Assembly: GCA_035193785.1 (NCBI GenBank) | Contig: CP136572.1 | Location: forward strand, 1,280,001 to 1,344,000 | From: Planktothrix sp. GU0601_MAG3 | GTDB lineage: Bacteria > Cyanobacteriota > Cyanobacteriia > Cyanobacteriales > Microcoleaceae | DNA: 64,000 nt | Reading direction: 5' to 3' | In this document: positions 41,676 through 52,795 of the stretch, one piece after another | Numbering within the stretch: position 1 is the first letter of the stretch | Layout: each line of letters opens with the position of its first letter | Notes under the pieces: generated by a model | What the model saw: only the letters and a program-made list of their open reading frames with translations | Told to the model about the DNA's origin: nothing | The model's database searches: none | Made by a program: the position numbers and the translations under genes

Positions 41676-43488
41676 TTATTTAACCTGAAAATACCGACTA
41701 ATTAGATCCCGATTTTGTAAAGCTGGTAAATAGTTTGGATCAATTTTTAACGCTTCTTCAAAGGCATTTAAAGCTTCTGAATAGCGTTTCAAATAGAAGA
41801 ATGCCATCCCCTCAGCCACCCAAATATTAACCGCTTTTGGATCAAGTTTTAGAGCTTGCTGATAAGACTTAACTGCTTGTTGATAATCCTTTATAGCTGT
41901 GAAGGATAACCCTCGATTAAACCAAGCGGATACGGAATTAGGATCGATCCCAATAGCACTATTCGCCGCCGCAATTGCCTCTGAATATTGCCCTAAATCC
42001 CATAAAATTGCACTGGAATTAGTCCAAACCGACCCCAGGGTTTCTGTTGGTACAAAAGTGATGTCGCTACCGATCGCTCGCTGATAGGCTCTCAGGGCCT
42101 CTTGATTTTGCTGCATCGCCCGTAGGATACTGCCCCGATTAAACCACCCTTGAAAGTAGTTAGGATCGGCTGCTAAAGCCTGTTTCTGATGCGTTGAGGG
42201 CCTCCCGATATTTTTGAGCTTGCCATAAAATCACGCTTTTTGTATTCCAAGCGATCGCTGAGTCAGCCTTCAAACTCAAGGATTGATCAATCGCCAAAAT
42301 CGCTTCCTCGTAGCGTTTTAGACCTGCTAAAGCCTGTGCCTTCTGGATGAAAGTATCAGCAGGCTCACTTTCTAGCCAATGATTATCTTGTTTTAATCCA
42401 CTTTCACAAGCTGTTAGTGCTTCTTGATAATTGCCTAATTTATTCAGAGTTGCACACAAATTCACCAAAGCTAAGGCATTATTAGGATAAATTTTAATAG
42501 CTGTTTCTAAAGCCTTTTTTGCTTGATCATATTCGTTTAATTCCCCTAAATTTATTCCTTGATATGTCCAAGCCACAGCAAATTCAGGAGCCAAGGTTGT
42601 TGCTTGTTCATAAGAAGTTTTAGCCGATTTTAACCTGGAGGTTCGAGTGGTTAAAATACAATTATTTTTGACTCCAATATCTTTTTCTAAATCAGTTTTT
42701 ACCGCTTCACAACTAGCTAAAACTTGCTGATATTTTGCCAAACGACTAAAGGCTAAACCTTGCCAAAACCAGGCTTGAGCCGGAGAACTTTCTCCCCAAT
42801 TTTGATTAACTTTTAAAGCGTTCTCACAATTGGCAATTGCTTGTTCATTTTTCTCCATTTCTAACAAAACTCGGCAGCTACTAACTAAAACCATAGAATT
42901 CTGAGGATCGAGTTTTAAAGATTGATCAAAGGATGCTAAGGCTTGAGGATATTGGGCTTTTTGTTCTTGAGCTAAACCTAGACTTAACCAAGTGAGAGTC
43001 GGGGAAAATTCGTCCCAATTTTGATTAATTTCTAAAGCACTATCACAAGCGGAAATCGCCTGATCTTGTTGACCTAATGCGGAAAGAGATCGACACTGTA
43101 GGGTTAAGGCTAGAGAGTTTTTAGGTTGAAGTTCCAGAGCTTGTAAACTCGATACTAAAGCTTGATCATATCGCCCTAATTTCAATAATAGATCGCTGCG
43201 CAATTCCCATAAATCGGCTCTCTTTTTTTTACTTAAATTAATTGCTTGATTACAGGCTGATAACGCTTCTTCAAGCTGGGGTTGTTTCCGCAGGACATTA
43301 CATAAAGAAAAATAGTAATCAAAATCTCCGTTAATGGGAATAGGGGGAGTAGGAATTGCGGTCGGTTGTTGAGGGATATTAATATTAAAAGGTAAGGAAA
43401 ATTGAGCAATAATTATCGACCCCCAAAAATTAAAACTTAGATTAATAGAAGGAAAACGCACTTTTTTGATTTTATTTGTTTTGGTCAT
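41676..43488 (-). CDS. TPR-repeat protein, last gene of the CIS cluster (frameshift at ~42184)
   Basis: Numerous TPRs; join LNASEQALAADPNYFQGWFNRG; hydrophobic N-terminal segment. Confidence 0.88.
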
Positions 43489-43541
43489 AGTTTTAAAATA
43501 TAGCGGTTTTTAATCAGAGTGAAAATTATTCTATTAATTAT

Positions 43542-46101
43542 TTAATCAAATTGAGGAGGAATTTCAATCGGTGAAGTTGAGAAAGAAGGGGTTGGAGTTG
43601 GAGTTGGAGTTGGAGTTGGGGTTGAAGTCGGAGTTGAAGTCGGAGTTGGAGTTGTTGGTAATAAAGGAAAATTAGGTGGAGTTGTTGATGAGTTAGGGAT
43701 AGTTTGATTAGGTCGATTTGGGGGAATATTGGGGTTATTTGGGGTTGATTTAGGGGTTTTGGAATCCTTGACCTGCTGTTTATCGACCGGGGGTATTTTC
43801 GGTTCAGAAATAGGAACAACAATTTTTTCAAAGGTGACAGTTCGATTCAATTTTTCCCCTGATTCTCCTTGAAACCGCCAGTGTAATTATTTCTGTCCCC
43901 GGTTGTTGAGTAATTGGATAAATGATCGAACCTTCAAGACCTACTGTTCCGGGTGCGGGGAGTAATTCAACAGTTGTATTTTTACCCCCTTCTACCTTCC
44001 AACTAATCCGAATAGTTTTAGCAGTTTTTTCAGGATTAATCGGTAAAATATATTTAGGTAAAGCGTCCTGATCATTCACAGAAAAAGAGACAATTTTAGT
44101 CGGGTAAATATAAGGAATAATCTTAATTATATCACTTTTCTGGCTAATAGCAGTTTCCTCTGGTGTCTCCTTAGAGACCGCCGATAATTCAAAAATATAG
44201 TTTCCAGCTTTTCGGGCATTTGTCGGGACTCCTTGACAAATTAATTCCGATTCTAATACGCAAAATCCGCTTAATTCCGAGGGGATACCGTCACTAAAAT
44301 TATAGGTTTTTAAGGGAATTAAAACAGTGTCATCCGTGGAACGAGCAATTAACTTTAATGCTTGCAATTGTTCGGGATTTTTGATTTTCCAATTCAAGGA
44401 AATTTCATTATTAAATGTGAGAATAGGTTGGTTAATGGCTGCTTCTTGATAGGCTGGTTGTGTTGCCATCAAATCAAAGATTTTGGGCTGAGGTAAAGCA
44501 CTAATACGAATCGTGTTTGTTTTTTTAGAATCAGCTAACTGATAGGGTTTTTTAGTAAATATATCCATTTGAAAAATATAAGTTCCTGCTTGTTGGGCAT
44601 CGGTACGAATATTTTGACAATTTAAAACCGATTCTAAGGTACAAAATCCCTTCAATTCTGGCGGAATTCCCTTGCTAAAATCATACAAGATATCTCCACT
44701 AGAAACAATACCACTATCAGCAGCAATCCCAATAATTTTAATTGTTTTTAACTGTTGAGGGTGAAGAATTTGCCAATTTAAGTGAATTGAATCTCCTGCG
44801 GCTTGTTGATAGGTGGGAAAAACTGAAGTAAATTCTAAAATTTTCGGGGGTGTTGGTGGTCGGAAAAATACCCACCAAATCGCAAAAATTAGGGATGCGA
44901 TCGCCCCCAAAATCATAAAAATTAATAAAATAAATTGCCAAAGGGGTCGTGCTTCCCAAATTAAAGTTCCTGGCAACCTTTCAGGAACAGGTAGTTGATA
45001 ACTGTCCTCAATTTCTATATAAAATTCAATCGGTAATCCCTTCCCAAACCAAGGACGTCGCCACCATTTATTCGGTTTAACTTCCAGGTCAATTTGAGTT
45101 TTTAATTGCGCCCCTAATTTCACCTGTTCAGGAGCAAAACTATAGGTACAAATTGGTTTCCCGGCATCTTCTTCTGCGGTAAAACTAACGTTGCGAAGGG
45201 TATTTCCCCCATTCCCCAATAACAGCCTAAACCGTCCGGTTTCTTTCCCAACTTTCCCAATTTTAGTTTGCAATTCTGGGATTAATTTATAGATGGGAAG
45301 TACCCGCAAATACAAGACATCAATGAGTACCAAATCGAGGTTATTCAACGAAGTTAAACGTAGGGTGGGGGAGTAATTTCCGGCTTTAACATTTAGAGGA
45401 AATTGCAAGCGCAATATAATCTCACCTTTCGCCCCCGGATTCAATGCTAAACTCTGCCGTTCTCCAACTAATCCTAATTCAACTAATCCCTCTGGATAAA
45501 CTACCGTAAACCAATCATTGGGCAGATCAGAACAACTTAAACGAAAGCGATCAACCCGTGAAGAACGGTTATTAACTATAATTTTACAGTCTAAAGGTTT
45601 GCCCGGTTCAATAATAGTTGGTTTGTTATAAGTTGTAGTTGGTAAAACTTGAAATGTCGGGTCATTAATCTGGGTTACAGATTGTACTGATGGTAAAATT
45701 TGCAGTCGCGCTTCATGACGAATTGGTGTGTCTTCTGGATAGTGTTTAGGCGCATCAATAACTAATAAATAACTATGGTTTTCGGGGGTAGCATTAATAG
45801 GAATTGCAAAGTAAAAAACTACTTCTGCACTACAATTGTTGGCTAGGGCTAAACTTTCTGAAGCCGAGCTACACCACTGACGTAATAAGCCAGAAGTTTC
45901 ATCAATATAAACATTAATAACAGCGCCTTTATTGCCTTGATTGGTTACTGTAACCCGCAGTTCAAAAATTTCTCCCGCACAGACAGAACTGTCTTCGGAA
46001 GGGTTAATAATCAAGGCGATGGGTTTAGCAATTCCCACATTATCTGAATATTCAATATCATTCAGAGTCTGACCGTTAGTTTGTGAAGTTTGATGTACCA
46101 T
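43542..46101 (-). CDS. CIS-associated single-TM protein with beta-sandwich-like domains and a Pro/Thr tail (frameshift at ~43873)
   Basis: N-terminal beta-rich repeats (LRVTVTNQG, IIVNNRS..VDRFRL, LLLGNGGN), TM LWQFILL..WWVFF, duplicated I.LNW.I..P.QL domains and a C-terminal (TP)n run. Confidence 0.7.
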
Positions 46102-46144
46102 AATTTTAAATCCTCAAAAATAGTTAAATTAATTATTTAATTAT

Positions 46145-48439
46145 CTACTCCATCTCAAGATTACTGCGAAAATCACAACCTAAATTAAATATTCTTTTGG
46201 CTTGGGCTATTCTGACCTGAGCATCATCACTCCCACTGGCAATTAAAATATTTTCACCGACAATTTTAACATCAACACTATTAATTTTTTTCTGACGAGA
46301 TGAATGGCTAACTTCTTGTTTAATCCCCAGATTTGTTTGTAAAGACGAACCATCAGCCATTGCTAAAGGTCGTTTTCCTTCAGAGGTTAAAGCCCAAAGC
46401 ATGACCTTACCATCGTCCCCGCCACTGGCTAAATAGCAGCCATTGTTACTAAATGAAACGGAAACGAACCGCTTCACCCATTTTACTTCCTTGCCAACGA
46501 TCAATTACTTCACATTCTCCTGAACTATCCAAACAGTTTTTCATATTCCAAATCGTAATATTTCCTTGATTATCCCCCGTGGCTAAAATATCGGGAGCAA
46601 TTTCTGCCACATCAACAGTTAAAATATAATCATCTTGTCCTCCGGTGGGATAGGGAACTTTTAAGGTTTTATTCTGGTCAAGATTCCAAATTAAAAACTG
46701 ATTATACCGACCGACAACTGCTAAATGACGATTGTCTTCTCCGACAAAACTCAGGTCATAAACGGCAAAATCAAATTGTTTTTTCTTTAATAGGCGATCG
46801 CTACCTTTAGTCATTTGATCTCGCTGAAGACTGGCATCCCACAGCAAGACTAAACCACTACCATGACCACTAAATAATGTTTGAGAATCTTGAGAAAATT
46901 CTAAGGCAAAAACGCGATCATCTTTATTAATTGAAAAAGTATCAATTAACCCGGTTTCTTCCGTTAATCCCCACAATTGAATTTCCCCATTTTCCAATCC
47001 GGCGGCGATCATATTATTATCAACGGGTCGATAACGTAAGACTCGCACAGCCTTTTTCGCATTGCCAATTTTACCGATAAATTGATTGCGTAAATCATTG
47101 AAAAAATTAGTGACTTTCCATTCAGCTATGGTCTGATCATTAGAAACCACTCATTATCCTGCTGGCTAACCCATCAAATTGAACAGAATTAACAGGTTTT
47201 TTATGTCCTAAAAAGGGATGATATGGATTCAGTCCAGAAAACCACCACAGTAACCCCAATAATAAAACACCGCCCGTTAATATTAACCCCAGGGGAATAA
47301 AGGGTAAAACTTTTAATTTTAAGGTTTGACTAGGGGGAGAACTGCCAGACAAACGGCTATCAGAGATTGAGCAAAAATCTTCTGTTTGTATGGTCGCCAC
47401 TTCAATTAAGAATTCCTTGATCCGACCTAACCAATGTCGTTTAATTTTTGTTATTAATAATATTTGATTAGTTTCGCCAATTTCCAGATCCATATTAGGA
47501 TCAAAATCATTGATCTCTACAGCATCATTTACGGGTTCTATAGATTTCTTTTTGTCTTGTATTAATAGGGATAAATCGGTTTTTAATTCATATTTTATTT
47601 TATCTGAACAATTAATTTTGAGTTGAAATATCTGCGAAATATTGCTGCAATTTTTGATTTCTATATGAAAAACAACCGGATCAGAACGCCAAAAGAACCT
47701 TCTTCTACTGGGGATACGGCGTTCCTGGGGAAAACACCTAAACTCTACAATTCCTTGGGGTAAAATCAATAGATTTCCGGTGATTTGCCTGGATAAACCA
47801 TTGGTGATTGTTGCTGTAATAGTAAAGAGTTGAACTTGGCTTTTAGTTTGGGTAATATCAGGAATTTGGCACCAGAAAACAACATCAACCTGAATATGAG
47901 ATGGAATCTGGATAACCTGTTGTTCTTCTATTAACCAAGTGGGATTAATTCCTGTTAATTTTAATACCGCATTGGCAGGTTGAGAACTGGGATTATAAAC
48001 TTGAACCGGAATTTTAATTTGCTGTAGGGGGTAAGCTTGAAATTCCCGGACAGGAAGGGTTAATTTTAAGCCAACTCCCCCGGTTTCCTTCGAGTATATT
48101 TAACCGCAATAATTGACGGGTTTCTTCCTGAAGTTCAATAGAAAAAACTCTCACGGTTAGATTCATCTGACCGACAAAACCAGGTAGGGGGCTATCAATA
48201 ATTTTAACCAGAAATTGTGTAGAATCTCCTGGGGGTTTTTTAGTGCAAATTTCGGGGGAGAGAATATACCAATTTGGAGCTAAATTGTCATCGGTACCCG
48301 CAGCTAATACTTCTACCTGAAAGCTGGCAAAACGATCACTATAGTTAATCGCATTGATTTCAAAAGATACGGCTGATTCACCAGGTTTGAAGGTCAGTTC
48401 AGTGGTAGAAATATTAGTAGTAATTAGATTGGTTTTCAT
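46145..48439 (-). CDS. CIS-associated protein: beta-sandwich-like N-terminus, TM, WD40 propeller (frameshifts at ~48085, ~47145, ~46463)
   Basis: The four ORF pieces join into one frame when one base is removed at each GAAAC/GTTTC (EGTGGVG, SGSNDQT, VRSVSF). TM LILTGGVLLLGLLWW, then WD40 units. Confidence 0.75.
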
Positions 48440-48503
48440 GTTTAATTTCTTGAGGTTTCTCGATTAAAAGTATTTAATTTATAATTAATTATCTTGAATT
48501 TCT

Positions 48504-49953
48504 TTAATTTTTATCCTTTTCTCCTATTTTTGTCCTGAGTTGTTGTGATTCTCTTAATAATATTTCTAAGTTTTTGACTGGATTTTGGGAATTATTTCCA
48601 CTCTTGGTTTTTTGCTTTTGCCGATCTTGATTTTGCAGTTGATCGATCATTTGTTTCCAGTTTTGTTCGCGGCTGTAAATAACATTTGCCATAGCTAACA
48701 TCACTTTTCCTAACTGTCCAAATTCATCGCGACGACGACTCACCTCCTCTAATATACTTTGATCAAAGTTTTGTGACTCAATAGTTTCGGCTGCTTGTTG
48801 CAACTGTTCAATAGGTTTCAATGATCCAACGCACCAGTAACAGAGCTAAAATCACGCCAATACCCGCCACCGAGATGCCAATAATTACGGTTAAAATTGT
48901 ATAAGTATAGATATGTTTAAGAAAATCAGAATAGGGAATCACAACCACCATTAACCAATCAATTCCTTCTTGATTTTGTAAAGGGGTGACTTGGACAAGT
49001 TGTAAATCTCCTTTGAATTTAAAGGTGAATTGTTGTTTGTCTTTAATCTGATCTAAACCATTAAATTTTTCAATTAAGTATTGACCTGTTCCTTGAATAA
49101 TCGGATCTTGACTTTCACTAACATTCAGTCGTTTGGTTTGATTATTAACTACTTTAAAAGGTTGCTCTAAAGTTGATATGGCAATTACATCTCCCGTCCG
49201 TTCTATAATTAAAGCTTTTCCATTCTGACTAATTTCTAAATTCCCTAAAAATTTACTAATTTGTACCAGACTAATATCAGTGGAAATCACCCCTTCAAAA
49301 CTCCCAGATTCCTGATTGTAAATCGGAATAGAAAAGTCCATCCCCAGGGTATTGATACTGCCAAATTGATAAACTGGAGTCCAGGTTGATTTTTCTGCAC
49401 TTCTGGCAAATTTATACCAGAGACGAACGCGAGGATCATATTCGACACTTTTGATAAATTTTGTGCGATTTCCTTTAGAGTCAACTTCATAAAAGTTTCG
49501 ATTCGAGTTCGTTGATTCATCTCTAAATTTTTCCATAAATTCATTTTCTGTTTTTTCATAACTCACATAATTTCCTTTTTCTGTTCCTATATAAATTGAA
49601 TGTAAAGCGGTTTTATCTTGTATTTGTCGCCAAAAATATCGCCGGACTTCTGGTAAGTTATTAACCTCAACATTCCCACTTTGGAGAGCAGCTAAATATG
49701 CAGGTAATAATACTTGTGGCTTTCCTAAATAATTGCGAAGATTGAGTTCAATCATCTGAGTCGATTTTTCGCTAACTTGTAACATCAACTTTTCAATCTC
49801 TTGTTTTCCCAATTGAAAGTTAAACCAGCCAATTACTGCGACAGAAGCCAATAAAGGTGTAACAATAATCAGGGGCAGGGTATGGCGAATGGATAAAGAA
49901 CCCAGGGATTTATCAAAAATTTTATACAAAGTAGAGAAGGTTTTGTTAGCCAT
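48504..49953 (-). CDS. TM-dCache-TM-HAMP sensor protein without catalytic output domain (frameshift at ~48817)
   Basis: YDPRVRLWY and WTPVY Cache motifs, two TMs, HAMP PIEQL..RRDEFGQL, then a short coiled-coil tail. Confidence 0.8.
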
Positions 49954-50015
49954 AATCAGTTTAAATTTATAGTAGGAAAAAGATTAAAAACCTGAATCAA
50001 TTATTGTCCATAAAC

Positions 50016-51351
50016 CTAAAGAAGAAGTTTAGTTAATTGTCGCCTTTTTACTGCAAAATTTAGAAAATTAATCCCCATTTCCTGAGCAGATCTAATAGTT
50101 TCTCTGGGAAAACTAAACCCTTCATTTAATCCCCAAGCCATTGACAAATCTCCCAAAACCAAGATAATATTACCCCAATTAAATAGGCTAATCTCCTGTT
50201 CTTTAATTATCGGAAACTGACTAAACAAAAAAGGTTGATTTCGTAGGGGATGTTGGCGCGTAATTGCCCCTGAATCGTTAGCTGTAACTTCGCCTGTTTT
50301 TTGGGCAAAATTTCCGACGGCGGCTATAACATCAGCCAACTGTTTATCTAAAATCTTTGTTGTTGTCTCTAGTTCGCTTTCCAACTGTTGTATCAATGGA
50401 TCAAATTCTCCATCTTCTTTCAGATCATTTAGGGTTTCTTTCAGTTTTTGTTGAATTTTAATTAACTGCACAATTTCGCTTTCCAGAGTTGTTAATTCTA
50501 TTAAAATTATCCCTCCAGTTTCCCTATATTCTCTGAAACTTTCAGTTTCTGATTCTGTTAATATAGTAAGTTTTTGATAGCTGAGATAGAGTAAATCATA
50601 GTTTAAATATTCGTTATTTTCTCCTGTCTGTAATTTAATTTCGCCAATTTCTGACCGACCTCCAAGGGTGGGATAAAGTGCAGGTAAAGATTGAATCAGT
50701 CCCGATAAAGAGGATAAAATCATCTGATCAATGGGTGAATCGTTGGCAATTAAACCGACGCTTACCACCCCTTGAGGACGTGCCATTACTTGTTGCCGAT
50801 AGCGCAAATCAATATGATTTCCGTCTGGAAAAAAAACATTATTTGGGGAGGTAATTTTAACAATTCCTGCTAACAGGATAATCCGGCACAGTTCTACCTC
50901 TAGTTGATCGGGTTTGTTAATTTTTTCATCTATTCTAAACATTTCCTCGATCAAATATTTTGATTCTGGTCGATATAGTGTTTCTGGATTAACATATCTG
51001 ATAGTAATATAAATTAATAGGGGGTTTTCCCCAGCTTCAGAGGCAATATGAAATTCCATCGGTTCGGGAACAATTATCGGATTTCCGATTAAATCAATCG
51101 CGATTCCACGGTCAATTTTAATCCAGCGATTATCCCGATATTTAGCGACAATATGATCCGGTGCAGCAATAGCAGAAACCCCTAATCCACAGACAATTCC
51201 CGGTTGATTTAGAGATTGATAATGCAGATTTTGGCGATCTCGGTGATAGGCGTGGGCAGATTGCCAACGTTCAGCATTTAAGAGTAGTCCATCCTCGACA
51301 GATAGACGTTTTAGTGGCGATGGTTTCGGGGTAATCAAATAGGGAAAACAT
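50016..51351 (-). CDS. CIS-associated protein with tail-fibre/baseplate-docking-type N-terminus and DUF4159-like C-terminus
   Basis: RL..DGLLL.AERW..AHAYH..R..PGIVCGLGV..I..GIAID..GN.I N-terminus; C-terminal HPL..PFLF..GDLS.AW..EMGIN. Start is uncertain (TTG 51338 or ATG 51351). Confidence 0.65.
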
Positions 51352-51459
51352 AACGCTGATTTAGATGGATTACATAGATTACACGGATTAATGACAAATT
51401 ACGAATTACGAGTTGGAGGGGCTTAAAAGTAATTATTAATTCATAATTCATAATTACTT

Positions 51460-52494
51460 TTAGCCTGTTTCTATGATTAATTCGTAACTACAAAATGCTG
51501 GTTTTTCCTGTTCAATAATAGTGCGCACTAATGCTTCTTCAATCGGGTGATCGGGTTCTGGACGCAGGCGAACTGTAAAATGAAAGGGTCGCACTCCTCC
51601 CAAAATTGCATCGTAACCTAAGCGAGTTTTGCCCAAGACAAAGCCGGAATTAAAAAACTCATAAATTCCAATATGTTTTTCATCTTCATTCAGCATAAGA
51701 TCATCTAAAGGTAAACGAGTTGCTAAGTGAAGATACAGGCGCAAACCCCGACGAGTTCCTCGCCATCTGTAGATTTCAAGAGCATTTTTGATTAAGTTTC
51801 TTTGCTGTTCTAAGGTTAAATAAGGTTGATTTCTCCAGCCCACCCAGTGGGCGAGAAACTCTAACATTCCGATCGGGGCTGTTAGGGGATCTAAATAGGC
51901 CCAAAGATTAGAAAGAATTTGGACATCGGGTTCTAAAGTTGCCTCAAAAATTTGCAGAAAACGTCCGACAAAATCAATTTCTCGATAAAAATTAGGTAGA
52001 AATTGTTGATAACGACTAGCGGGGCGAACATAGAGGTTAAAAGTAGCTGTTTCTATTAATTGTGATGCGGTTCCCAGGGCTGCTCCATAAACAGCTAAAC
52101 GACTTTGATAATCTAATTTTAGAACTTGACCCACACCCAGGGCTAAGGGATTTTCAAAGAAATCCGCCGGAATTTGGAAGCGGATAGTTGCTTGAATTGT
52201 TTCCCTAGGTGTTAGTAAAAATGCGGAATTTTCCTCCTCTACTTCTGTGATGATAGTATACCAATTCTGGGGAAAATCTCCGGTAATTTCTAGGGTTAAT
52301 TCTAAAGTGTAAGTTCCTAAATTTTCTAAATTGACCACCAATTCACTGACTTCTCCTGGGACAAGTAAAAGACTCGGATTTTCAATATTAATATTTTCCG
52401 ATGCCTGAATTGGAAGCGTGTTTAAATTTGCTTCCGGCGATCGCATAGGAATTAATTTTAAAGTCAGGAGTTCACGAGTATTGGTCTGGGTCAT
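51460..52494 (-). CDS. Phage tail / baseplate wedge protein (P2 gpI-like)
   Basis: FLP..Y..DF..RFL.IFE, LDPLTAP..LEFLAHWVGW, YRWRGTRRGL, IIEQEKPAF. Start placed at MTQTNT. Confidence 0.85.
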   Translation of the reverse strand: MTQTNTRELLTLKLIPMRSPEANLNTLPIQASENINIENPSLLLVPGEVSELVVNLENLGTYTLELTLEITGDFPQNWYTIITEVEEENSAFLLTPRETIQATIRFQIPADFFENPLALGVGQVLKLDYQSRLAVYGAALGTASQLIETATFNLYVRPASRYQQFLPNFYREIDFVGRFLQIFEATLEPDVQILSNLWAYLDPLTAPIGMLEFLAHWVGWRNQPYLTLEQQRNLIKNALEIYRWRGTRRGLRLYLHLATRLPLDDLMLNEDEKHIGIYEFFNSGFVLGKTRLGYDAILGGVRPFHFTVRLRPEPDHPIEEALVRTIIEQEKPAFCSYELIIETG

Positions 52495-52498
52495 AAAC

Positions 52499-52782
52499 GA
52501 ATGGGTCATAAACGAATGGGTAATGGGTAATGGGTAATGGGTAATGGGTAATGGGTAATAGGTAATGGGTAATGGGTAATAGGTAATGGGTAATGGCAAG
52601 AGTTTACCTCCCCTGCTCCCCCTGCTCCCCCTGCTCCCCCTGCTCCCCTGCTCCCCCTGCTCCCCCTGCTCCCCCTGCTCCCCCTGCTCCCCTGCTCCCC
52701 CTGCTCCCCCTGCTCCCCCTGCTCCCCTGCTCCCCCTGCTCCCCTTACCTCCCCTGCTCCCCCTGCTCCCCCTGCCTCCCCT
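52499..52782. repeat. Compound tandem repeat block (GGGTAAT)n + (CCCCTGCT)n between baseplate genes
   Basis: Directly visible arrays, flanked by the 13-bp direct repeat CTGGGTCATAAAC at 52486-52498 and 52781-52793. Confidence 0.92.
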
Positions 52783-52795
52783 GGGTCATAAACTT

